From Bdellovibrionota bacterium (GTDB lineage: Bacteria > Bdellovibrionota_C > UBA2361 > JBGSMV01): 62,277 bases of DNA. The DNA lies in assembly GCA_044356455.1 (NCBI GenBank), contig JBIKWF010000012.1, positions 1-62,277 of the forward strand. Reading direction: 5' to 3'. Below are positions 27,175 through 35,986 of this stretch, in pieces (position 1 is the first letter of the stretch; each line of letters starts with the position of its first letter). The position numbers and the translations under genes are program-made. Under the pieces are notes generated by a model. That model did no database searches. It was given only the letters and a program-made list of their open reading frames with translations, and was not told where the DNA came from.

Positions 27175-28440
27175 ATGACCAATCATCAACTAGCAATTAC
27201 GGTTTTCTTGCAACTGGCAGTTCTTCTCGCCTTCGTTAAATTGGTAGCGCGTACCGTAGTTGTTTTCGGTCAGCCACCGGTGGTGGGCGAAATGATTGCG
27301 GGCTTCCTGGTTGGCCCTACGTTATTCGGGCACTTTTTCCCCGATCTTTACGCCACCCTTTTCCCCAAGCAGGCGGTATCAGTTCTTTACGTCCTCAGCC
27401 AAATAGGGCTCGTCCTTTATATGTTCCTCGTAGGAGCCGAGTTCGACCTGCGGACTTTAGGCGAGCGTAAGCGCGCCGCACTCTATATCTCAGTCGCGGG
27501 GATACTCACGCCATTTGCTCTTGGCGCGGGGTTAGCCTGGTTTATCCACGATAATCAGGCGCTTTTTGCGCCAAGCGCAGGGATGTTTGAAGTCATGTTT
27601 TTTTCGGGGGCTGCCATGTCAATTACGGCATTCCCGATGCTCGCGCGCATCATTCGCGAAAGGGGGCTCACCAATTCTTCCATGGGAACTCTTGCACTTG
27701 CGGCAGGTTCTCTCGATGACGCGGCGGCCTGGTGTATTCTTGCGCTCGTAGTTGGCACGTTTTCTGGTTCGGCTTCTGTCGGCATGTTGGCGATTGGAGG
27801 AGGAATCGCGTATTTCGTTTTTTGCGCCTTCATCCTTCGACCCCTCTTTAGACGTTCGCAGCGCCTTTTTGTGCATAGAGGCCGACTGCATGACCTTGGG
27901 CTCGGGGCGATTCTCGTGATGCTTAGTTTGGGCGCCTGGTTCACCGACATGGTGGGTATCTACGCTGTGTTTGGGGCCTTTATGTTTGGCGCCTGCCTGC
28001 CGCGAGGCGTTCTTGTTCACCAAATTTCTGAGAAAGTGGAGCCTCTGGCCAAGAACTTGTTTTTACCACTTTTCTTTGTCTATGCCGGGCTCAACATGCG
28101 CCTCGACATTTTGGTGAATCCTGAGTTGCTTGGGGTAACCGCCGCAGTGCTTGTCTGCTCGTGCGTCGGCAAGTTCGTTGCCTGTTTCGGGGCGGCACGT
28201 CTTGCGGGTGAGTCAGCGAAGAGCGCCTTAGGAATTGGCGCCTTAATGAATGCGCGTGGGCTCATGGAGCTAATTCTCCTTAATATTGCCCTGGAGCATG
28301 GGATTATCACCAACCAAATGTTCACAGTCATGGCGATAATGGCGGTCGTTACTACGCTGATGGCAACGCCACTCTTTAACTATGTGACAGCTGAAAAGCG
28401 CGCTTCTGAGCCTTCCGAAGGTGTAGCTGCAGTCCCGTAG
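27175..28440 (+). CDS. Cation:proton antiporter (CPA2 family)
   Basis: QPPVVGEMIAG, SITAFPMLARI, DD, MNARGLMELI, many TM helices. A family C right end (27150-27164) lies just upstream. Confidence 0.92.
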   Translation: MTNHQLAITVFLQLAVLLAFVKLVARTVVVFGQPPVVGEMIAGFLVGPTLFGHFFPDLYATLFPKQAVSVLYVLSQIGLVLYMFLVGAEFDLRTLGERKRAALYISVAGILTPFALGAGLAWFIHDNQALFAPSAGMFEVMFFSGAAMSITAFPMLARIIRERGLTNSSMGTLALAAGSLDDAAAWCILALVVGTFSGSASVGMLAIGGGIAYFVFCAFILRPLFRRSQRLFVHRGRLHDLGLGAILVMLSLGAWFTDMVGIYAVFGAFMFGACLPRGVLVHQISEKVEPLAKNLFLPLFFVYAGLNMRLDILVNPELLGVTAAVLVCSCVGKFVACFGAARLAGESAKSALGIGALMNARGLMELILLNIALEHGIITNQMFTVMAIMAVVTTLMATPLFNYVTAEKRASEPSEGVAAVP

Positions 28441-28446
28441 GGCGCA

Positions 28447-28869
28447 CTACTTAAGGGCCTCTCTGAATGCTTCCGGGAGGGCAACAACTTTTCGGGTCGT
28501 GTAATCAAAAGCAACAAGGCCCGTTTTTGCGTGGGCAACTTCCTTACCGGTAGTTTTGCTGGTGAGCTTAAATAACAACTCAAATCCGTGAGAAGTAAAT
28601 TCCCCAGGTGCGACTTGTATGAGAAGGGTGTCGCCATAGAACGCTTCGGAGAGATACCGTATTCCAACGTCTGCCATAATCAGCGAAGCACCGCCCACAT
28701 CTAATTCGCTATAGCCGAGGTGTTTTAGAAACTGCAGACGCGCTTCATGTACAAGCCCTAAGACGGCATCGTTGCCAAGGTGACCACCGTAATTAATGTC
28801 CGTGATGCGAAGTGGAACTTCAGTTTCAAATTTGAAGGAAGCGGGAAGCTCTATGCGAATTCTTGCCAT
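28447..28869 (-). CDS. Acyl-CoA/ACP thioesterase (4HBT hotdog family)
   Basis: RITDINYGGHLGND..HEAR. Confidence 0.9.
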   Translation of the reverse strand: MARIRIELPASFKFETEVPLRITDINYGGHLGNDAVLGLVHEARLQFLKHLGYSELDVGGASLIMADVGIRYLSEAFYGDTLLIQVAPGEFTSHGFELLFKLTSKTTGKEVAHAKTGLVAFDYTTRKVVALPEAFREALK

Positions 28870-28911
28870 GACACTTTTTGGTGTATACGCTGCCTGAAAG
28901 GCCTAAGTTCT

Positions 28912-30375
28912 TTAAGACTGCTGCCCAAGGATTCTTGAGCTTTCGGTCTTGGGAACTTCAAATGTTGGCGAGTGTATCACAAGAACAAGCCTACTTGGCG
29001 ATAGAACTTCACGCGCAAACTTGCGGAGCTCCTCTCTAGACATCTGTTTTACGTATTCGGCGAGGGCGCTGAAGTCATGTAGCCCGATTCTCCCTAGAGC
29101 TCTTTCCTCCGCAAAGTGGGCTGCCCCAGAGGCTGAAAGACTTGGGTCTTGAACGTTTCTCTTAAGAAAGGTTAAGCGAAGCCCGCTAAAATAATTTTCG
29201 GGAACCAATGTAGTGCCAAGGAGCTTTGCTACCTCTCTTACCGTGGTCAAAATCTGTGGCACTACTTCCGGCAGGCAGGAGATTCTTCCTCCTTGGAAAC
29301 CTCCGCACGAGGAGTGGGAAAGAAGGGGCGCAATCGGCTCATACGTGAGCGGAGTGAGCGGTAATTCAAGAAAGGAAATCAGGGCCTGTCTCAGGAATAT
29401 CGCGTAGTGCCCACGAGGATCGGCCGGGCTAAGATCTGGAAACGCTAATCCAACTGATGCCATGGGGCCTGTTGTTTGCCGGTAAAATACCGGCAATGGC
29501 TCGGAATGGGCTGCGAGGGTGGATGACGCGACTGTGTTCTGCGGAACGAGGGCGCTGCTCGCAGCTATTTGCAATGCCGGGCCCATGCTGGCCAACAAGT
29601 CTTTTGAACCACCAACCATTGATATGCAAACGCCTGAGGGGAGGAGTCGGTCTCGAAGCATCGCCTGGATGGTGTCAACAGTGACAATATTCGCTAAGTC
29701 CTTTGCTCTGCCCGCTATGTTAGTAAATTCGGTGCTTCCCGGGGCAAAAACGTCTTGGAGATCTCGGGCAACGAGAACGTGCGCGTTGCAAGTCCGTATG
29801 GTCGCCTCAGTACGAATTTTTATCGACTCGAGTTCTAATGCGCGTTGGCTTGGAGCTCCACCCTTGAGAAGCGTTTTGGAAAAAGCCTCTACTGCAGCGG
29901 GAAGGAAATTTTCAGGTCCCCACCATGAAAAGGTAACTCGGTCGGAAGTGGTTTCTCCGGAGAGATTCTCTGATTGGAGACTGTATCGCCCAATATTGCC
30001 TGGTCTAAGAATTTCCCTCAAAGGTCCATCAAGAATCTCTTGCAAATAGACATGCTCAAGCGCATGACAAAGGCCTCTTTCGGCCGATGTTTCTATGCGA
30101 GTGCCCGCAAGGAACGTAATGCGTAGGGCGGAGACGCCCGGCTCAGGAGATGCTTGATGAAGCAGAAGGGAGTTCCCAATCTTTGTACAGGTAAGCTCTC
30201 GTCCGTCAAAAGAAGAAACTGAAACGTCGCCGGCAGGCACTCCTTGCTGCAGCGAAGTAGTAGGGCTGAGCGCGGCGAGATGCGGGAACGGGTCCGCTGG
30301 TGCAGTTGCGGGAGCAGCCGCGGGCGCAGTTCCCGAAGGAGGGCTCACCTTAGTTGTATGGTCCTGCTTTGGCAA
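28912..30375 (-). CDS. M16 (insulinase) family peptidase, divergent
   Basis: AGTRIE..GLCHALEH inverted zincin HxxEH, and Pro/Ala-rich N-terminus. Confidence 0.7.
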   Translation of the reverse strand: MPKQDHTTKVSPPSGTAPAAAPATAPADPFPHLAALSPTTSLQQGVPAGDVSVSSFDGRELTCTKIGNSLLLHQASPEPGVSALRITFLAGTRIETSAERGLCHALEHVYLQEILDGPLREILRPGNIGRYSLQSENLSGETTSDRVTFSWWGPENFLPAAVEAFSKTLLKGGAPSQRALELESIKIRTEATIRTCNAHVLVARDLQDVFAPGSTEFTNIAGRAKDLANIVTVDTIQAMLRDRLLPSGVCISMVGGSKDLLASMGPALQIAASSALVPQNTVASSTLAAHSEPLPVFYRQTTGPMASVGLAFPDLSPADPRGHYAIFLRQALISFLELPLTPLTYEPIAPLLSHSSCGGFQGGRISCLPEVVPQILTTVREVAKLLGTTLVPENYFSGLRLTFLKRNVQDPSLSASGAAHFAEERALGRIGLHDFSALAEYVKQMSREELRKFAREVLSPSRLVLVIHSPTFEVPKTESSRILGQQS

Positions 30376-30727
30376 AGTGCGCTCCGAGATTGCCTGGCTA
30401 AAAATTCTTGCGATGAATATCAGTTATGGGCCATTTACGGCTTATTACGACCTAAGAAAACGCTAAAAAACTCGAATGAGGTGTCACTGTTATTTTGCGC
30501 CCTTTGCATAGCGGGCACTGAAATACACTATCACGATTGAGCTGCCTAAGCTGCGGCGAGAGCGGAGCCGGCCACGAAGGATGGGGCCAATGTCTTGTCC
30601 TGACATTCCTCAGGTAAAACGCGCTAATAGCTCGAAACCATTAGATGGGCTCACCACGAAATTCTCTTATGCACAATAAGCGCAGGATACTTAATAACCT
30701 CTTCTGATACTTTTGGTTGAGGGTGGT

Positions 30728-30997
30728 ATGGCACTTGAGTTTAAAGGCGGATCCCGAAATACAGGTCATAACGTTAACTTAGGTATCGCCCATGGCACGA
30801 AGCAGATAGCAGGTCAGCAGTATGATGGTGCGGCTGCTGAGGCCCTCCTGGCAAATTTTGCAAGAAAAGAAGGATTTGGGGATCTGAGGAACGTTTCGGT
30901 TGCGGATCGTGAGCTTTTGCTTGAAGTTATCAATGATGATCGTAGAAAGTTGGAGGAGGCAGGACTTCCTGCACTTCCAAAATTGATTGACAAATAA
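30728..30997 (+). CDS. Hypothetical protein (89 aa)
   Basis: GAGGG SD and open frame. No motif recognised. Confidence 0.5.
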   Translation: MALEFKGGSRNTGHNVNLGIAHGTKQIAGQQYDGAAAEALLANFARKEGFGDLRNVSVADRELLLEVINDDRRKLEEAGLPALPKLIDK

Positions 30998-31071
30998 GAC
31001 GCGCTATACGAACAGCCGCGACGATTGTCCGGCTTCTACGTCCGCGCTCTCATCGCGTGGCAACCTGCGTG

Positions 31072-31374
31072 CTAACCGCGAAGCGACTTGACGACTCCAT
31101 TCTCATCTATTGTAGCCCCATCTAGAAATGCCGCCCTAAGGTAGGCCTCCGCCAAGGTGTTTGGTGAGCGCGAGGCTTCCTGGGTAAGCGCGCTCAAGGG
31201 AAAGGGCACCTTAAAAGTGCGTTCAAGAAAAAGAGTCAGCTCAAGCAGCCCAAAGGAGTCGAGGCCAAGATCTTTAAGGTGAGACTCTTCATTGAAATCC
31301 GCCCCCGGCTCCAGGAATGTTTCCTTAAGATACAGTACAAGAGCGGCGGAGATGGTTTGAAGAGAGGGTTGCAT
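31072..31374 (-). CDS. Acyl/peptidyl carrier protein
   Basis: DLGLDSFGLLEL phosphopantetheine motif. Confidence 0.85.
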   Translation of the reverse strand: MQPSLQTISAALVLYLKETFLEPGADFNEESHLKDLGLDSFGLLELTLFLERTFKVPFPLSALTQEASRSPNTLAEAYLRAAFLDGATIDENGVVKSLRG

Positions 31375-31728
31375 GAGAGAATGTTGTTAGAGTTTATGAA
31401 TGAGGTAGCCTCTTACCTGCTGAGAATCTGAAAGGCAGATATGTTGACCACCTTCTCTGCGCGGCTTTGTCGCCTATATGCAGAGGCAAGCGTAGTGGGT
31501 CGGAAGGCGTAATGTCAACGGCTGAGGCAAGGGGTGGGAGCGGCGTGCCGAGTGATTGCTCCCCCTGATGTTCCCGCTTTTTTCGTGGTAAAAACCCCCC
31601 AAGAACCCTTGATTCCCCCCATTCTAGCAGCTGCCTGACGCTATTTCTGAGATTGATTTGAACCTGGATGCAGGTCCCTATAGAATCCAAGTGCGATAGG
31701 GGGCTAAGGCCTTAGGGGAAGGTTTCAC

Positions 31729-32973
31729 GTGTCACACTGCCGAATCTCAGCAATAGGATTGGTAAACGCGCTTGGGACATCGTGCGCAGAGATTTTGCCC
31801 AAGTTACTTGCCGGTGATCGGTCAGGCGTTGCTCTTGTGCCTGGTTTTCTTGCCGAGGGGGAGGCGCGGCTTGGAATGGTGAATTGCCATCTTCCATTAG
31901 TCCCAGAAAATCTCGCAAGCCTGCGATCGCGAAACACCCAGCTTCTTATTGCGAGCTTTGAGCAAATTGCCTCTCCTGTTGCTCAGGCGATTGCCCAATT
32001 TGGCGCCCATCGAGTAGGAGTCGTAGTGGGTTCAAGCACCTCGGGAATTCCGGAAGGGGAGCGTGCGATCTTTTCACAGGAAGGGGGGAGAGGGCTTCCC
32101 GAGGGGTATAATTATTTCCAACAAGAAATGGGTGCCGTAGCTGAAATAGTGAGCACTCTTAGCGGAGCACAAGGGCCTTCCTATTGCATCTCCACGGCAT
32201 GTTCATCCAGTGCAAAGGTGTTTAGAGCGGGAAAGGGACTGCTCGATTCGGGAGTGTGTGATGCAGTAATTGTTGGCGGGGCTGATTGTCTTTGCCGCAT
32301 GACCGTGCGGGGTTTCGCGGCGCTTGAACTTCTTAGCGCCCAGCCAACAAATCCCTTAAGTCGAAACCGCTTGGGCATTAATATTGGAGAGGGCGCAGCG
32401 CTGCTGCTTCTTATGAGAGAACCTGGGGGGGTGCAGGTTTGCGGCGTGGGAGAAGCATCTGACGCTTACCATATTTCCTCTCCCCACCCCGAGGGGCGCG
32501 GCGCTTGCAGCGCCATGCAGGCCTCGCTTAAAGATGCAGGAGTAGCGCCTGAACAGATTGCGTATCTCAATCTCCATGGGACTGGCACGTCGCACAACGA
32601 TGCCATGGAAGCACGGGCCGTGGCCGCAGTTTTTAGCGAACATCTTCCCGCTCTTGCCTGTAGCTCTACCAAACCAATGGTCGGTCACATGCTGGGGGCC
32701 AGCGGTGCAACAGAGGTGGCATTTTGTGCCATGGTGCTTGCCTCCGCCCAAGAGACAGGAACGGTCTTCCTGCCTCCTCACGTATACGACGGCGATTATG
32801 ACGCAAGTTTGCCCCCTCTCTCTCTTGTGAGGCCGGGCGATACTCTTTCTCTCGGTCAGAGTTGCTTCATGATGTCGAATTCGTTTGGTTTTGGGGGCAG
32901 CAATTGTGCGGTGGTGCTAGGGGTTAGCCTGGTCTGCTCACGGCCCCTCCGGGCCGAGAGCGGACCAGGCTAG
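31729..32973 (+). CDS. Beta-ketoacyl-ACP synthase (aryl polyene ApeO-like)
   Basis: STACSSS, HGTGT, STKPMVGH, SNSFGFGG. The last ~15 codons derive from an inserted B element. Confidence 0.93.
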   Translation: MSHCRISAIGLVNALGTSCAEILPKLLAGDRSGVALVPGFLAEGEARLGMVNCHLPLVPENLASLRSRNTQLLIASFEQIASPVAQAIAQFGAHRVGVVVGSSTSGIPEGERAIFSQEGGRGLPEGYNYFQQEMGAVAEIVSTLSGAQGPSYCISTACSSSAKVFRAGKGLLDSGVCDAVIVGGADCLCRMTVRGFAALELLSAQPTNPLSRNRLGINIGEGAALLLLMREPGGVQVCGVGEASDAYHISSPHPEGRGACSAMQASLKDAGVAPEQIAYLNLHGTGTSHNDAMEARAVAAVFSEHLPALACSSTKPMVGHMLGASGATEVAFCAMVLASAQETGTVFLPPHVYDGDYDASLPPLSLVRPGDTLSLGQSCFMMSNSFGFGGSNCAVVLGVSLVCSRPLRAESGPG

Positions 32974-33185
32974 CGAACGCCCGGACGGCGTTCGCAAATC
33001 GCGACCATCGGGAGCATCGCGCTGTTGGCGCGTAGGGACGCGACGGAGCCCCCTCTCCGTTCGACACTCTGTCGTGGCGAACGGAGAGGGGGCGATGTTG
33101 AAAATCGGCCCGGATGGCCGATTTTCAACGGTAATCTCACGGACCCGAAGCGGAGCGCAGGGATCCCGTGAGATATAACGGTTAG
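32924..33185 (-). repeat. Family B element, copy 3 (reverse), inserted at the KAS gene end
   Basis: TTAG at 32924-32927 and 33182-33185. Interior is the reverse complement of 7481-7708. Confidence 0.9.
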
Positions 33186-33194
33186 GGCAGAGGC

Positions 33195-33668
33195 ATGAGC
33201 GAGGAAATAGGCGATTGGGAAGCGATAGATCCTCGAGATCTTTTGCCGCAAAAGGGGGCTATGGCCCTTATTCGCCGGATCCTGGCAGCAGACCTCTCAG
33301 ACCCAGAGCCATGGGTGCGCGTAGAAGTTGTGGTTGGGTTTGAAGCCCTTCGCTCCGAATTTAGCCCGGACCACGTTCTTGCGCCGGTAGGAATTGAATA
33401 TGTGGCCCAGGCGGGAGCCGTGCTGGGCGGCCTTCTCTCGAGAAAACAAGGTAGCGGCGGACCTGTACGTGGCGGAATGATAGGAGCTGTGCGAGAGGTA
33501 AAACTTTATGGGAGAGCGCCCAAGAGAGGGCAAGTGCTGCACGTAGTGGCTCGCCTGCTTGCTGGGGATGAGCAGATGAGCTCAATTCAAGGCGAGATCT
33601 ACCTAGCGGAAGAGCCCCAGGAAAGCGGACTTTTGATGACGGTAAGGTGTAGTGTCGTGCACCAATAG
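33195..33668 (+). CDS. Hotdog-fold 3-hydroxyacyl-ACP dehydratase subunit (ApeP-like)
   Basis: LLPQKGAM, GIEYVAQA. Lies between the KAS and FabG genes. Confidence 0.8.
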   Translation: MSEEIGDWEAIDPRDLLPQKGAMALIRRILAADLSDPEPWVRVEVVVGFEALRSEFSPDHVLAPVGIEYVAQAGAVLGGLLSRKQGSGGPVRGGMIGAVREVKLYGRAPKRGQVLHVVARLLAGDEQMSSIQGEIYLAEEPQESGLLMTVRCSVVHQ

Positions 33669-33700
33669 ATGATGCCCCAAGGGAGAGGAGGAAAAAGTAC

Positions 33701-34438
33701 GTGACAAAAGTGGCGATGCAGCGAGTTCTTGTTACAGGTTCCAGTCGTGGGCTTGGCAAAGCCGTGGCTCAAAGCCTTTGGAAAGCTGGCTTTTCGGTGA
33801 CACTCCACGGGCGTGCGCCTAGTGATAATCTCTCAAAGCTGCGGGAAGAACTCTCCTTCGCAGGAGAGCCTGCTGAAGTTCTCTGCTTTGACGTCGCGGA
33901 TAGAGAGGCAAGCAAAGCAGCCCTCGCGAAGAGCATAGAAGAACGCGGCGCTTTTTATGGTGTGGTTTGTAACGCAGGAGTTACTGCGGATGGGCCATTT
34001 CCTGGCCTTTCGGGGAATGACTGGGACAGTGTTCTTAGGACTAACCTTGATGGATTCTATAATATTCTCCACCCCCTCGTAATGCCAATGATTCAGCTTC
34101 GAACGGGTGGGCGAATAGTGGTGATGTCCTCTGTTGCGGGTGTGATTGGAAATCGGGGGCAGGTTAATTACAGCGCCTCAAAAGCGGGTCTTATAGGAGC
34201 AGCAAAGGCACTTTCGAAAGAACTGGCTAAGCGGAGAATTTCGGTAAATTGCGTGGCGCCCGGCTTTATTGAGAGTGAGATGACTGAGGCATTGCCGCGC
34301 GAGGAGATTACCAAAATGATTCCGATGCAACGCCTGGGGAGGCCCGAAGAGGTTGGCGCACTGGTAAGCTTTCTCTTCTCTGAACAAGCGGAGTATCTCA
34401 CGGGTCAGGTGCTGACCATCAGTGGAGGCCTGGCGTGA
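33701..34438 (+). CDS. fabG: 3-oxoacyl-ACP reductase (ApeQ-like)
   Basis: TGSSRGLG, NAG, YSASK. Confidence 0.93.
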   Translation: MTKVAMQRVLVTGSSRGLGKAVAQSLWKAGFSVTLHGRAPSDNLSKLREELSFAGEPAEVLCFDVADREASKAALAKSIEERGAFYGVVCNAGVTADGPFPGLSGNDWDSVLRTNLDGFYNILHPLVMPMIQLRTGGRIVVMSSVAGVIGNRGQVNYSASKAGLIGAAKALSKELAKRRISVNCVAPGFIESEMTEALPREEITKMIPMQRLGRPEEVGALVSFLFSEQAEYLTGQVLTISGGLA

Positions 34439-35694
34439 GAAGGGTAGTGGTCACCGGTGCGGGCGGAGTTACCGCACTTGGGTCAAGTTCTGCCGAGATT
34501 CTTGCTCGCCTTGAGGCTGGCGATTCCGGGATACGCTCCTTCGATGAATGGTCTCAGGTTAAAGGAATCCGTGCGCGTGTGGCGGGGGTGGTCGAGGATC
34601 CTACGCTTGAGCAACGTTATGACCGCAAGCAAACTAGAACGATGAGCCGGGCGGCTCTTCTCGCAGTCCGATCGGTGGAAAGTGCGCTCACGGAGGCGGG
34701 GCTGCTCGAATCAAGTCAGAAACGCTTTCTTACCGGGGGCGAGGTCGGTGTGGCATTTGGTTCCTGCCTCGGGGGCCCTGACGCGTTGATGCAGGTCGCC
34801 TTAGCCAATGCGCGCGCGGACTTTGGGGGTATTGGTGCGACGACCTATACCAAAGTGATGAGCCATGCGTGCGCAGCAAATATCTCCTTGTTCTTTGGAC
34901 TTACGGGAAGGCTCATTCCCACGTGCTCGGCCTGCACTTCTGGCAGTCAGGCCATCGGTTACTCTTACGAGACCATAAGATCGGGTGCTCAAACGGTGAT
35001 GATTGCCGGTGGGGCGGAGGAACTTTGTATTGGACTTGTGGGCCTCTTTGATTCGATGAATGCAACTACCGTGGGCAGTCTAGATCCTGCCTCGGCAAGT
35101 AAGCCATTCTCGCGGGCGCGAGACGGGCTTGTGGTCGCAGAAGGTGCGGCGGCTTTGGTGCTTGAGGAGTACGAACATGCCAGGGCGCGTGGCGCCACTA
35201 TTCTTGCCGAAGTAGTTGGTTTTGGTACGAATACCAATGGCACACATATTACGAACCCTGATGCAGAGCGAATGTCCGATACCCTGCGTCTCGCGCTGAG
35301 CTCGGCAGGTATTCCCGCGGATGCCGTAAGTTACGTGCATGCGCATGCAACCGCGACAGAGCTTGGCGATATTGCTGAAGCAGCAGCTACCCACGCAGTG
35401 TTTGGAAGCGCGGTGCAAGTGGGGGCGCTTAAGAGCTATTTTGGACACACGCTCGGCGCGGCTGGGGCGCTCGAAGCCTGGCTTACGATTCTTATGATGC
35501 GCAAAGGACGCTTTGCGCCGATTCGCAACCTCTCTGTGAGTCCAGAGTCCCAGGTTGATGAGCGCTGCGCTCCTTTGGAGTACCTCTCAGGCTCATGGCA
35601 GAATCTTGAGGTTGAATATGCGATGACTAATAATTTTGCTTTCGGGGGCGTGAATACTTCGCTTATTTTTAAGCGAGTTTCAGGCGTTTCGTAA
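34435..35694 (+). CDS. Beta-ketoacyl-ACP synthase (ApeR/FabF-like)
   Basis: SACTSGSQAIG, HAHAT, KSYFGH, NNFAFGG. Confidence 0.93.
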   Translation: MRRVVVTGAGGVTALGSSSAEILARLEAGDSGIRSFDEWSQVKGIRARVAGVVEDPTLEQRYDRKQTRTMSRAALLAVRSVESALTEAGLLESSQKRFLTGGEVGVAFGSCLGGPDALMQVALANARADFGGIGATTYTKVMSHACAANISLFFGLTGRLIPTCSACTSGSQAIGYSYETIRSGAQTVMIAGGAEELCIGLVGLFDSMNATTVGSLDPASASKPFSRARDGLVVAEGAAALVLEEYEHARARGATILAEVVGFGTNTNGTHITNPDAERMSDTLRLALSSAGIPADAVSYVHAHATATELGDIAEAAATHAVFGSAVQVGALKSYFGHTLGAAGALEAWLTILMMRKGRFAPIRNLSVSPESQVDERCAPLEYLSGSWQNLEVEYAMTNNFAFGGVNTSLIFKRVSGVS

Positions 35695-35720
35695 AATGAG
35701 TGTGCCCAAGGCGGAGCTCG

Positions 35721-35891
35721 TTACCCACGACTAAAGATATTATTCCCAAGGATTAGCCAGACAATCACAAGAAGTCCCACCGGCGCGCCCATGAGCCATA
35801 GGACGACGTAGCCGATTTTCCCGGTCTCTGTGTCTCGTGTGGCAGGTCCCGCTCGATCTGTTCGCTTTGTAAGCGCTCTGATTTTTAACAT
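35721..35891 (-). CDS. Small membrane protein (56 aa), absent from the ORF track
   Basis: MLKIRALTKRTDRAGPATRDTETGKIGYVVLWLMGAPVGLLVIVWLILGNNIFSRG*. GGGGAAG SD, with the GxIxxxxLWLxGxP pattern of small TM proteins. Confidence 0.65.
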   Translation of the reverse strand: MLKIRALTKRTDRAGPATRDTETGKIGYVVLWLMGAPVGLLVIVWLILGNNIFSRG

Positions 35892-35986
35892 GCATCTTCC
35901 CCAAAATGGGTAAGGGTGATCCCTCTCCCAATATCATGTGGGTCAGAATACACGGGATTATTGAGGTCGCTATGACGGAGAACAGC

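Noticed and set aside
32970..33251. ORFs 32970-33251 and 49028-49342
   Set aside because: They lie across family B hairpins and show no protein motif.
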